DNA from: Phoronis australis
Lineage: Eukaryota > Animalia > Phoronida
Direction: 5' to 3'
Length of the DNA stretch: 64,000 nucleotides
Assembly (NCBI GenBank): GCA_002633005.1
Contig: NMRA01000344.1
Coordinates: 1 to 64,000, forward strand
Positions 1 to 13,370 of the stretch are shown here, one piece after another (the stretch's first letter is position 1; each line of letters begins with the position of its first letter). The position numbers and the translations under genes were made by a program. A model generated the notes under the pieces. It did not search any database. It saw nothing but the letters and a program-made list of their open reading frames with translations, and was not told the DNA's origin.

Positions 1-194
1 CAAGTGTTTTCATTATTTCCAAATTTTTACTTGAACTTTTTGGAGACTGATACACAACTGCAACTAAAACAGGATATATATACATGTAATTTAAAGTTCA
101 ATTGACAAAGACTTAGACATTTATTACAGAGCTAGTGTGTAATTTAACTTTCCTCTTTAAATAATGACGAATTTAAAAAATATTCACATCAATA

Positions 195-1138
195 CAGTGG
201 CGGATTTAGGATATCACAAGCAGGGCCAACATTTTGTATGTAAACATTTGCGCAAAGCACGATTGTAGATACGCATAGCATCGAATGGAGGGAGGTAACT
301 CCAAGAAACATTTTTTGTTTTTTTCCTATAAAAATCAAGCATTTTTCTTGATTCCTGAAGTATTATCCAAGTAAAAAAGGCAAAACAAAACGGAGAACGT
401 GTCAAACAGGAAAAACTACTTATACCACAGACTCGAACTCACGACCTGGCTGACAGAGCGCGAGTGCTTTACCACTGGACCAGCACAATTTAACTCCTAA
501 TTTGAAACAAACAGATCTACTTGTTTATGGTCCACGACAGCGTCTGCGCACGAAACCTACTTCTCTTTGCAATGCTTATTACACGTTTTATATTTTGTGC
601 AATCAATGTTAACAACTTTGTTGAATTTGAAATAGTCTTCACTGAATTGCCCAAGAGACCAAATCCGTTTTTTGTGTCTGCAATAATGACGCGATTGCTT
701 TGGAAATCGTCTTAAGTTAAGGTTTGACAAAGAGAGAATTATGAGTTTCTGAGTGATTCAAAAAGCCTTCGATTAAAATTCTCATCATACCAGCAGCTTC
801 TGTTTTTTCATCGTCACTCAGATTTCATTGTCTTTAAAAAATGAAGTAATTTTCTTCATTGCACAGTGGAGCGGACGTAGTGCGCAGCGCCACTGCCAGT
901 CGCCTGGGATATTGCGGGAGAGCCTATACTTAGCCATAGTTCCGTTTCGACTGCACCGCGTTCGGAAATTGTACCNCCCCCCCCCCCCAAACACTAAAAC
1001 TGCACACATTTAAATCTTGTTTCAGCCGGGGTTAATAAACAAAATCAACATTTCCCTACGCTCTTGCTGTTTTATTTTTTCCGGCAGCCAAGGGGGGAGG
1101 GGGGCTCCCTGGACCCTCCCCCCCTAAATCCGCCTATG
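195..1138. mobile_element. Non-autonomous TIR element (hAT-like ends)
   Basis: CAGTGGCGGATTTAGG at 195-210 and CCTAAATCCGCCTATG at 1123-1138 (14/16 inverted match); flanks CAATA / CAATC. Confidence 0.65.
424..484 (-). pseudogene. tRNA-derived fragment (SINE head or tRNA pseudogene)
   Basis: Minus strand has A-box-like TGGTCCAGTGGTAAAG and B-box GTTCGAGTC at tRNA-like spacing, but acceptor and anticodon stems do not pair. Confidence 0.5.
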
Positions 1139-2744
1139 CAATCCCAAATACTTCCTCAGATGCCGCCATACAGGTAGTGTGTGTAAGTCTGGCTTTTCAT
1201 TATGTACATGTAGTGTAAACCGATGAGAGTGGGACATACTTAATGAGATAAAACGACCAACTCATTTACCACATTATCATCAGACAAGTTAAAAACTGAA
1301 TAATCAAAATTTAAAGAGTCAATAACTTTGTTAATTCGCACTTTCGTGCTTGGCAAAACATTAAATAAGTTCACTTTTAATTGTACATCATGTTAAGACC
1401 GGGAAAAAAGCGTAGTCATCAAGCCTTGCACACGTGAGGTAGTCTGAATGAGCTGTGTTCTAACACTATTTAGTTCCCGTAATCGTTTTCATTGGCTATG
1501 ACACGAACAGGCGTTCATTCCAATCTCTGTTAGACAAATTGCCTTCGACATGAGCAATGATGTCAGAAGCAAGATACAAAACTAAAGTAAAGTCTATTCA
1601 ACCAACAACACGAGCACTGTACTTACGTTGCGTCAGTTGATAACACGGTCAAACTTAGGGTTTGAAGACCATGTGATATCGTTTTTATGTAAATCCACCA
1701 AAAAGAACGAAACAAAATTTCTAAATTAAGTAACCAAAACGCATTCAAAAAGGCAATATTATCCTATAAGATACGTGGTAAATGTGAACTAACCTCAGGC
1801 CCTGACATATACTCAATGCAACGCTTGAGTTATGTTGACTGCGCACGCGGCCTTGGTAGTAGCAATTGTGAAGGCTCTAGAATCGAGTAAATTCAACTTG
1901 ATGACCTTGTTTTAAGCTAGACATCACAGTTTTGTGAAGGAAACTCAGAGCTCAATAACAAATGGATCCTCTGGAATTGAAACTAACACATGCAGCGGGG
2001 TATCCAAGAACAAAGGTACAGAACCCATTCATAGATTACGCCAGTCCATTGGGCAGTAAAGTGTATGTTGTTTTGCCTAATACTCTAAAGTTTGGTGACA
2101 GAATTGGGGCTCTTGAAGCACATTTTATGAGCACAAATGAGGGTTTTAACACCTAACTTCTCCGTCGCAGGTTGACTGCATCTGAAAATGCCCAGTGTCC
2201 GTATGTGGTCTAGTGTCTCCATAACGCACGTTGCCATCCACATTCATTGTTCAAAGTTTGATATTATTATAATGTTAAAGACAATAGAATCAAAACTGTC
2301 GGTGAAACATTAGGAAGATCAATTCCTTCCATTTTGTTCTTGTTTATTCATAGATATTCGTTTTTTATATTCATTTGACTGCGAAGTCTGCCGAATATCT
2401 ATTCTCATTATACTGTACCATCGATTGGCAATGAAAGTTCCCAAAGTGCATTGCAAAATCATCAGATCGGTACGGCTTCGTTCTTAACCACCGGTTGCAG
2501 GACAAAACTGCGGATTTTCGTTTGCAGTGACGTGATTGGCTGAGAATGGTTGTTGAATTGACATGTGGTAACTATGCATGGTATATAAGTTAACAAGATC
2601 GTATTTCAATTGCGAATTAATTTAGCATATCTTAGGTGTCATAGACGCTACTGTGTTTGAAACCTCGGTCAAATAATGGCATCGAATGTCAAACGGTGTC
2701 TTTCGACCAGGTCCTTGTAATATTAAGTATCAGTTCACGGATCC

Positions 2745-5700
2745 ACCGACCACAGTACAGCCAACAAGCGGCAAGGTGGGGGGTCAACCATTCAGATCCA
2801 TGTTAAGTCTCATGAATCACATTAGGGATGAGAGAAAATGAGTGAAGTATGACACCACAAAGTTTGGTGGTTTAGGAGATACAAGGGAAGTGTTCTGGGG
2901 GGCAAAATGAGACAATTTCTTGGTGTGGAATGAGTCATTTTTGACCAAATTTTCTACTCCAGTTTCTGCTTCAAACAGAATTGTTTCTGAACAATTTTGA
3001 TATCACATGATAGGTTCATGACCAATGTCAGTAAAAACGGCACCGACACTGCAATATCAGTTACCATGGTGACACTGGAACTGTTTCCCTGGAGGTACGT
3101 TTCCGTCTTGTGAAAAACCAGCAGTAAGCTGTACCCTTATAGCGAAGCTTCCCCCGCGAGAAAACTAAAAATAATAACATGGACATGTAGAAGACTCCAT
3201 GCCCTTGGGTCTGAAAAATGACCAAAGACGTTCAAGGTTCAACGTCCTGCTTCGTGTGAGTTCAGGTAGGAATCACTAAACTCCAGGGTCTGACCCTGAT
3301 TAATATTTTTAGAAGCAAATCATTCATGCAAAAATACTTTTATTGGCACACCGTGATTGCTTATAACTTGGGCCATATTGCGTAATCATATCTTATTCAA
3401 ATGTGTTGATGTTTATGCAACTACATGTATACATTGGCATAGAAAATAGATAGTCATCATAACTTTTCATAACAAACACCAAATGTGTAACATGACTTCT
3501 GCCCATGAACTACTTTTAGAGACTAGGGAGTATGTTTTGTCTACCAATGATTTTCTGCGATTATGAAGTTAATTAAACATGCTAAAGCCGTCAAAAATAT
3601 TGGTGCCTTCACTTTAGCTTGGTATTCATATTTTGTGAGCCGAAATGGCCACATTAAATTTAATGTGTTTAATTTTTCATTAATACAATTTTAGGAATCA
3701 GGAAAGGCATATGGAGAAGAAGTGGCTTCTGCTGAAGTTGGAGACTTGCCGATTATTAGTAAAGGTTGGGTATGAAAAGTTCACAACCAGCAAGAAGGTA
3801 CCCTTCTGGACAACTAAGTGAGGGGGCTAGAGAGAGGCCGTAAAGTCTACTCCCAGAAGATATGTCAAAGAGAGTTTTTAGCTTGAGGAACGAGTTGGGG
3901 AAAAAGTATTTGCCAAAGATTACTGGCTTATACCACAACAGGTCCAAAGTAATTTGTTGAGATAGGCCACTTTCAGAAAATGTGGGGAAACTGGGACAGA
4001 GGAAGTGGAGAATGCATAGAAAGAGGCAATCTGCGATTGTCAAGGATGTAGCATTGTAAAAATTCAAAGGGAGGAAAGAGTACAGTGGATGGACCTGTAA
4101 ATACTCTGGCTGATCTGCTAAATCCAATGGTGGCATTATTGTATCAGCACAGCTGTGTAGGGAAGTAGGCTTGTGTGTTGTCGCAAGCTTTGTTTGCACA
4201 AGAACTGCTTGTGTGAACAGCACAAATCTAAAATTCACCTAGTCTAAGACTGAATTTTTGTCCAGGCACGGATTATGAACCTGGGCCACATGGTAATGGT
4301 ACATTGTTCATTTTGTTTAGCCACTGGATTTTTTGGTCTGACAGGATTTCTCAGTGTCGCCATCACATTTAGATGATTTCTGTCCAATGTACTATTCCTT
4401 GTCTTTGAAGATGCGTAATTGATCTGAATTTATGTTTCCGCATTTTATTTACCATTATAGATTTTTGTTTGTAAATGGGTATATATTACTGAAACTTGTG
4501 ACCCTGTTGCAGTTAGGCTGGTTTTGTTAACTTATCTTTCTGCCTGGGTTGTAAACCCATATTCTGTCCAGGAGGTAATAAGGTTTGATTTAGACCATTT
4601 ACCTCTATAAACTTTGCTCAGTTTGTTCCTTATCAAGATGGGAAGTGATTTCTGGAATTGTAGCGAATTGACAGTTTGCTATTCCTTGAGACCATGCTGT
4701 GTGTATAAAATCGCACACTATTAGTCTGGTCTTTAGCAATTGCATATTGCCAGATCTTTCAAAGTTCTGAAATTGCTCAGAAGTGACCTGGAAGTAATAC
4801 CTATTTCAGTACTGGCACATTAGCTCTGGTGGCTCCTTGTTTTTTTGGCGAATTGACCATTCTATGGGTAATTTTGTTACTGGTCTAGTATGTATATTCA
4901 ACTGTAATCGTAGGGCAATTGTAATGCAAACCATGTTGCAAAAGTATTTTTTCATGACCATTTCATTGTACAATGCTGCCTAATTAGAACCGACAAGCCA
5001 ATTTTTCATTTTGTGGTGGTTAGTTTTGATAAGAACATTGATGTGGTAAATACAGCTACCTCAAGTTTGCGAAGAAGAGATTTTCAGGAAAAATTGCAGT
5101 CATGCAACCAAACTTATCCTTCATTTGATATCACAATGCATTGCATGAACATTTGATCAACAGAAAATCTGACTTGAATATGTGTGAAGAAATACCCATG
5201 AGGAAATTGCAAAGTAAAACAGCTGTAAATCAAAATAACCTACATTTGTCGAGTTCATGTCTAACCCTGTTCACTGTGGAGGACATAATCGGCTTTTTAC
5301 AAAATGGACCCATGTATGGTATTTATGGGTACTATAGCCCTAAGTGATCAGTAGTAAAACGTTCAAAACATTCAGGAGGAACTAACTTGTTGCAAAATAT
5401 CGAAAAACATGAAGGACAATCGGATTTTACGGTGCTCATGCATCCATCTCAGATATATAAAAATTTCTCATTTTAGTACATTTGAGGTGCCAAAATATAT
5501 AACTAATAAACTGGATGACGAAGTTTTTATTTTAAGAAATGAAAGTAACATGTTTTGTCCACATTTTGGCTAAGTTTCATTCTCATAGCAGTGGGGGCAG
5601 ATTTGGTACAGCAGTGTACTGAACACAGCCTCAAAATGGCATAACGGGGGGCAGTGTAGTAAAACTACTAAATGAGGGTGGTAAATCGGAATCGTGTTTC

Positions 5701-5995
5701 AAGACATCTGTGTAACAATCTACTGGCACCACTAAACAATGCCAAATGAATAATAAATCAATAGCTTTCATTCAAGAAAAATATGAACAGTTAGAAATGG
5801 ACAGTTTTTATACCGTGAAAACATGGCTGCGAAGCCGTAAAATGTGTTTGAGCCTATAACTTTAGAAAAAGCGCGATATTTTGAGGAAATATTTTACCGC
5901 TGTTTATAGATCCCATAGGACTACCTATGTGCCAAATTTTGTGAAAATCGGCTGACCCAAACCTTGCCGCTCATGGCTGGTGTTCTCGTGGACTA
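2745..5995. mobile_element. Degenerate DNA transposon with Academ-like right end
   Basis: Ends in TGGACTA; right-end GGCTGACCCAAACCTTGCCGCT has a degenerate inverted counterpart AGCGGCAAGGTGGGGGGTCAACC near 2767; interior has no intact ORF. Left boundary approximate. Confidence 0.45.
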
Positions 5996-8590
5996 GTGCT
6001 TAAGACCCTTTTTAAAACACCGGAGTCAGTTCTCAAGCTCTTGATGCAACAGCCTTATGACGGAGCAAAAAAGAAACTTTGGCAGAAGACCGCTGCATTG
6101 AATGTAACACGTACATGTACTATGGCGTTTTCCTTCAAAGTAGCAGTAAGAGAAATTCCACAATTCATCCCTTTCGAAACTCAGTTTTAGACTGCTGCTG
6201 TCAATATGCGTGAGAACTGCCTTGATGTGACAAGATCATTGATGAAAATAAAATGAAAAAACGACATTAACACAATTTGTTGTGGATGAATAATGAACAG
6301 TTTTTCAAACCTTAATGTCTGGGTGTCCCACGACAGCTGTTCCATCAGGCAGATAATACTTTTCAACAAAGTTCCGTGTAACGAGTTTTCTACAACAAAA
6401 TACAAATGTAGTAAACCGGTTTCATAGTCTGGCTCCGACATTACACTGAAAACCATCATGGACATTTATAAGTCATCGTCATCATACTTTTCAGGCTTGG
6501 TAAATATGAAGGAGGACATGACCATATCAAAACACTCATAACTATGTCGTTGTGGTATATTTTTTACAAGATTTCTTTTGTAGCTGGAATAAATATCTTC
6601 CACCGATTACCCTGGTCAAAACCTAATTATGCCACTTATAAATATAAAATTAATCTGATTGTGTTTGAGGTTTGAACTGATAGATCGTTCTTGCTGAAGT
6701 TCATGTGCAGTAACTGGAATTTTTCGATGGTAAATATACAACATGAGTGCCTAGAAATGAACTCCTGATATGTGGAACCACTGGGTGAATTGATTAGTGG
6801 CTTTAATTTTAAAATTGCTCTCATATGAATTTCCAAATTCCAAGATGCCCAGAATTCTCCACTGCTTCAACAAATTACAAGGCAGCGAAGAATTCTTGCC
6901 GATGAACCTACATTATCCTAGCTACACACACTTGGAACTACTGTAGCCTAGCTGGACATCGTTTAAACTGCAGTACCCTAGCTACACACAGTTGCAGTCA
7001 ACAATGCCAATATCCGATGGGAAATGTGAATTTGTAGACAAAAAGTAAACCCTCTGTTAATGTTCTGCACATTTCATGCGCTCACGCAACCTTCGATTTG
7101 GGGGCTCGACTTCCTGACGTTGTGGACCTTTCGGTAATAAAAAAGCGGGCGGACTAAAAAGAAAAAAACGAGGGCCGGGGGCATCACTTTGAATTGCACG
7201 TTTGTGCCTGTTTAATGGACTTTTATCTCATTCTCTCGGACTTTTTGTTTCTCAGAGGCGTTCTTTTTAGCCCACTTCGACAAAAACGAACCCCCCCCGA
7301 GCCCCCCCCCCCTGGGTGCGCGCGTGCTTTTGGGAGGAGGTCCCGTGCTACCTCCCATGTAGTGAAAAGTAGGGTAGAGTTAAATAACGCTAGCACCTTG
7401 CTAGAAAACCTAAATCTTACGATATCCTATGATATATCGCAGAATATTTTGAATGAGATCACGTGTTTTTTCTCGCCGCGATAAAGCTATTGAACTCTAC
7501 CCTGTATCAACGTCTCATTTAAAAATCATTTAGCGATTCACGGAGATGAATTTAAATATCAGACTCTACAAACAACCAGAATTCTGGTGATTTCGAACAG
7601 CATTTGGGACTTAGATGAACGTTGTAGTATCCCCCATGACAAAAAGCACTTTGAGGACCACAGTTACGTATTTTGCACATTGTTATCAGAGAACTCGAAC
7701 TCTTGTAGAATGCATCGGTTTTTAGCCTGTTGTTACTGGAGTCGAAAGTGCCAGGTATTTTTCTCAATTTTTACCTGAGGGAAGGCTCGAATGTTACCAC
7801 CCAGCCTATCGAAATGTTACATCAGAGACATTTGCAAATCACAAGCTCTTGTCCGATCACTCATGCTGCTTCTATCTTGCAGGTTGCCATCGGGTGGCTG
7901 ACTTAATGCAAAGATAGATTCTGTGTCACTAAGGAAGAAGTTGGTGAAACTTAAACACTATGAAGTACGGTGAGGGGAAATGACGACTTATATCACGTGG
8001 TCATTTTGAGAGCCTCCTACTCACCGACACTTTATGGTGAGAAACTTACTGATTGAGCTGGATATCGACTATAAGGTTTCGATGAAATGCATTCAGCTCC
8101 ACTGTCAGGTGAAGTGGACAACTCTGCAATCATAGTCATAGTGCAAAAACAGTTAATGCTATTAATGTATGCATGCCATATGTAGATAACAAGGGTCTGG
8201 CATTGGATTTAGCACGAACAGTAATGTCCATAGACGGTGCAGTAATCAAAAGGATTGATTGTCGAGGATCACTCTCAGGTTATGTTAGCCAGTTAAAAGT
8301 CTGACTTGTTTACCTAAAATTATCTAAGCCAACGCCACTGTCTCTGTAATATTTACTACTTACTTCACTGACTGAGCTGAGAGACAGCACGTCGATCTGT
8401 TTTCCTTCGTGGTAGATGATAGGCACTGTGACTAAAAAATCGCTGGAAACTCCCTGTGTTAGTAGTAGTGCTGTAAAACGAGATGGTCAGGAAATTCGGT
8501 CTGAATTTTGTAACGTGAAACGCACATGAGCTGAATGACTGTAAAGTAATAGACTATGTACTGGTTTGTGCATTTAAGGCCAGTTTTTCT

Positions 8591-9477
8591 GGATTGTTCT
8601 GAAACCTCCTCGACCCCATCGACCCCCTCATCCCTCGACCCACGACCCCCTCGGCCCACAACCCCCTCGACCTACGACCCACGATACTCGACCCACAATC
8701 CAGAAGCCCGTCGACCCAGTCCACACAAGCTTGACTCGATCTGAACATTGAAAAAGCGCTGACTTGTATGACCAATGAGTTGGGCCGTGAGTTCAGCTGG
8801 TTTTTTCCTGTTTTGCAATTAAGGTAGTCGATTCGGCAAGTTTGAATGCCAAAACAACAGAAAAGAACAACGTGACCAAATCAAATGAAAGACCTACCAA
8901 CCTTACAAATGTCGAAGAGTGTAATCGCCTCGTCTGCTCTTCAGTGAATTGCAGAGTGCGAGGAACCGACAGAACTGCAATTTCACCAGTTAATACAGTT
9001 TGAAATAAAACAAAGTGTTAACTGAAAAGTATTTCAACTTTATGTGGAGTATATTGTAAACCAGTATAAAATATAAAGCAAAGAAATTTGAAATTATGAC
9101 TATTCATTTTAACGTATTCTCTCTCCCTATGCTTATTAGAACAGTGTCATTGATAGCCGCTCGTGGAACTTTGCTGGACGTTATGTCGACTAGCGCGATA
9201 TAGGGATGACAATAGCGCACCCACAATGCGCTGTTCATGACCACCACGTTCTCACGTCACTTTCTGTTTTCAATCATCAGATTTCCGTCAGAGCAGACTT
9301 GCGTGTAGGTATGTCTTATGGGAAAGTCAGCCAGCGACGTAATAAGATTATGAAGTATGTAAAAAGTGCACAGATACCTCTATTGCCACAGGTCGGGGGT
9401 CGAGGGGGTCGTGGATCATAGGTCATGGGTCGAGGGGGTTGTGGGTCGAGGGGGTCGAGAAGGTTTCAGTACAATCC
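8591..9477. mobile_element. MITE with TIRs and (CGACCC)-type subterminal repeats, Mutator-like
   Basis: GGATTGTTCTGAAACCTCCTCGACCCC versus GGGGTCGAGAAGGTTTCAGTACAATCC inverted; flanks AGTTTTTCT / ATTTTTTCA (7/9, possible 9-bp TSD). Confidence 0.75.
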
Positions 9478-9618
9478 ATTTTTTCATGAGTACTGTGAAG
9501 TGTCCCTCATCTGTGGTGTTGGCTATTGGATAGTGGTGGGTATTATTACAGAAGGTTTGATGTATACTCTGTTCATCTGTGTAGAAGTATCCGTCATTAT
9601 GATGCTCGGGCTGCCGAT

Positions 9619-10012
9619 NNNNNNNNNNNNNNNNNNNNNNNNNNNNNNNNNNNNNNNNNNNNNNNNNNNNNNNNNNNNNNNNNNNNNNNNNNNNNNNNNN
9701 NNNNNNNNNNNNNNNNNNNNNNNNNNNNNNNNNNNNNNNNNNNNNNNNNNNNNNNNNNNNNNNNNNNNNNNNNNNNNNNNNNNNNNNNNNNNNNNNNNNN
9801 NNNNNNNNNNNNNNNNNNNNNNNNNNNNNNNNNNNNNNNNNNNNNNNNNNNNNNNNNNNNNNNNNNNNNNNNNNNNNNNNNNNNNNNNNNNNNNNNNNNN
9901 NNNNNNNNNNNNNNNNNNNNNNNNNNNNNNNNNNNNNNNNNNNNNNNNNNNNNNNNNNNNNNNNNNNNNNNNNNNNNNNNNNNNNNNNNNNNNNNNNNNN
10001 NNNNNNNNNNNN
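9619..10012. other. Assembly gap (394 N)
   Basis: Run of N; ORFs spanning it are artefacts. Confidence 0.99.
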
Positions 10013-11650
10013 GTGCTTGCGTTATGCCGCAATCTCTACACGTCTATCAGAGCGTCCGTCCGTCCTATCGTCCGTCCGGCGTCCGCTGCTCTTTTGCCAA
10101 AACTCTTTGATGTATGTTTGCACATATGGTCCCTTCATGGTGAGCGAATTTTCGGACTGATCCAACTACTGGCATCTTTGCGACTGGTGTGTCCCTAGTG
10201 ACAATTCTGATTTTTTTTTCTGTTACCTCTGTACCTTTAAAGCTCATCAACGGATTTTTAAAAGCATTAAGGAATACGTACCTATTAGTATTAGTGAGAT
10301 GACGTAACTATCCGTGTTTGGATGGATTAGAAGTTTTTTGCGCCAACCAGTGGTCATTTTTACTGTTTTCGAGTCTGTTTTTGGCGCCTGCTCTATCAAC
10401 AAAACCAATCCAAGACATATAATGTTCCTACTGTGAAGAGGACGGTTCCCGTGGCTGTATCTCATTGACCCTCGCAGCGTAGCATCTGTATTAAGCTTGG
10501 CAAGGGTATATTTATTTGAATTTGGCGACTTTCGCAAGTATCGACGAACGCTATGCCCCTACTTTTTCTCTGTTTCTTTGAAGTTCCTGGACGGACTTTT
10601 ATGAAATTTGCTGAACATCTTTCTATTAACACGATGACATGTTCGCGTTGACGAATAGATTCAACGTATTTTGTGCCATCTAGTGACCATTTTTAGTGTT
10701 TTCTAGTGTTCCCGTCTATCAACCAAACCCGTATTTTAAGGATCATTTTGAAAAAAGGCGTTTACGTTTGTACGACTCGTGGTTATTTTTGAACAACTCT
10801 GCGGCACCTGCTAGGGCCAGTTTTTGCTTCTATGGCTGTATTTCCCGTACCCTCTGCAGGAGCTACACTTCAATAATTTAAACATATGGCAAGTGTATTT
10901 ACATGAAGTTAACAACGGACGACAACTGTGATTTCCAGACGTGTTCAACTACTGGGCACCCCTAGTGGCACTTTGTGCCCCTTTTGGCCCTTACCCTTTG
11001 CAAGATCTTTGTAAAATTTAGCTGATGTGTTCTTGTGGAGATGGCAACATACGACGACAAGTTTCAGACCAATCCAACGACATCCGTGCTCCCTAGTAGG
11101 CCTAGTAATTTTATTTTTAACGATTTTTTACGTTTTCTTCTGTAACTTCAGAGCTCCTAGATGAGTTTTCATGGAATTTGGCAAATTCCACCATAAAGAC
11201 AGCAGTACCTTTCCTTTATGCGATGGATTCGACGTATTTTGCGCCACTTAGTGATCATTTTGTTTGTTTTTAATCCGTCTTTTGCCGTCTTCTGCATCTG
11301 CCAAAATGCGCAGATGGTCATTATGAAATTTTGTATATGAGTTCCTACTCCCAAGAAGTTGATTGACGTCGGTTTCCAAATGGATCCAACTACTGCAGTG
11401 CCTTCTAGTGGCATTCGTTCGCATCTACAGGTGTATTTCCTAAGCCATTTTTGAGATGTTTTTTGAAATTATGCAATTGTATTCCTATTAACTTGTGGCT
11501 CAGAACAGTAATATGTTACTTTTTTACGTTCGCCTTTGTATATTTGGAGTTCTTTTATGTTTTTTTAGGAAATTTGGCAAATAGTTTTGGGAGACGACAC
11601 CTTCACGTTTTTGGTGGGTTTCAATATTTCCTGTGCTTTCTAATGGTCAG
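10013..11650 (+). repeat. Helentron/HINE-like interspersed repeat, family A, copy 1
   Basis: (CGTC)n microsatellite followed by GCTGCTCTTTTGCCAAAAC and internal subrepeats with CTAGTGGC motifs; homologous to 27780-29390 and 55020-56224. Boundaries approximate. Confidence 0.7.
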
Positions 11651-12049
11651 TTTTTGCATGATACAAATACACGTCCCTAGAAACAACACAGTTTACAGTG
11701 CGGTCATGAGTGCAGAAAACCCTCATCTGCAAATTTTAGATAATATACGTAGCAGTTGAGCAACATATAAATTTACTATTAAAATTATTTTTGTAAATGA
11801 CATTTTATTCTGAATTTGTACTGATGAATTTTGTTGTACCAAACACCACCAAAGTTCTAATCAATGTATGAAAAATTAAGATGTATACTTTTATGAATGT
11901 CTACCCAAATTCCTCACAGTGACTGTTTGTGATCGACATTCTAAAACTTTGAATATAACTATTTACCTGCAAAAGTTATCCAGTGCCTCCACTGAGTCAT
12001 GTTGTGGCCACGATATTGTTCTTCATGAAGGCGTTTACGTACTTTGTAC

Positions 12050-12072
12050 GTGTGTGTGTGTGTGTGTGTGTG
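12050..12072. repeat. (GT)n microsatellite
   Basis: Direct observation. Confidence 0.95.
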
Positions 12073-13370
12073 AAATCGTGAATTTACTTTAAGCAGCAAA
12101 TCCAATATAATTGCTTAAATAGTGAGTCTCGCATATCAAAACTGCAATCACGTTATGTTGGCATTGATGAGCCTGAATGTACTGGAAAAGGTCCAACTTA
12201 AAAGAAAAGTGGTTTCTTCTTAAGACTGGAAAATACACAATTTTCTTTGTGATGTGCATATTTCAGCTAGTTATGCCACTATGTTTCAGGGGAAAATAAC
12301 AAAAATATATTGATACTGGCCGGCTAAATATAGGTCCAATGTGTAATTTCTAACAAAATGACAATAGTACAATAGAGGCAAAGTTACAAACATATATCTT
12401 TATTTATTAGTTACAATTAATTCAACAGAAGGAAAAAATATATTTTTAAGTTCTGTTGGGAATTTCAGGGTCACGTCTCTACAAATAATTATTTTACAGA
12501 AGGTAACAGATGGGTACCTTAATTACAAGATGCATTGTATAACATACTCACTTACGATACCAAATGTAAGTTTTTGGATACTAAGTAGCACAGATTAGTG
12601 TAGCTCCAAATGGGTACATAATACCAAATGGGTATTGGCTGATTACCTTTCAAGTGAGTCGAGCAAAACGATAAATTTAATGCTAAGTACCAAGTGGGTA
12701 AACACAGCCAAATGGGCAAATATCACGGTACACCAAACAGTCAAAGGGGTTATAACAACCTGACGAAGAAGTTCCCAGACAAGCTGAGTGATATTGTAAG
12801 GAACTCGCTGTTGCGGCTCAGTTTCTTCTTCAACTTCCGGCTGCCCCAGCTTCAACAAACATTATATCCGCTCGTAAGTTTTCCCAATTAAACAATTTCA
12901 TGCTTATTATATTGATGGTCTCTTACGTTTCTTCTATAGCTTAAAGTCCTACAGCCAATCCGTCAAGGAGCCTTGTGTACCTGTTGGCAACAGCGGCTTA
13001 TTTCCCAAACTAGAATTGTCAGCATTGTGAATGCTTATTCGCAATAGCGGAGTTGCAACCGTATCGGTTTAACGATTGGGTATGTCAGTCGAACAGTCAA
13101 CACCCCATCGAAGGAGACGAAAGATCTCCAAAGATTTAGGGCATCACAAAGGTAATCCAGCAGACCTGTTTTAATTTTAATATCATCCAAAAACGTTCTC
13201 AATTCTTTAAGACGCCCAATTTTCTGAGACACTTGCGAACAACTGAACCCTACGCTTATGTCACAGGTAATGACAACATTGCTATTAAAAGAAAGAAAAA
13301 CATCCTCTTTAATTCGTTATCTGTTCAAACCCAAGGAACCAACTCTCGTCATAACGGTAATAAAGAACTA

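Noticed and set aside
424-484. Functional tRNA gene
   Set aside because: A and B boxes are present but the cloverleaf stems do not form, and it lies inside a TIR element.
3756-4238. 160-aa minus-strand ORF
   Set aside because: No domain pattern; probably the antisense of decayed transposon coding sequence.
9425-10198. Long ORFs in the track
   Set aside because: They read through the 394-N gap.
12643-13050. Possible small spliced plus-strand ORF around a 67-nt GT-AG intron
   Set aside because: No recognisable protein motif and no further supporting exons.
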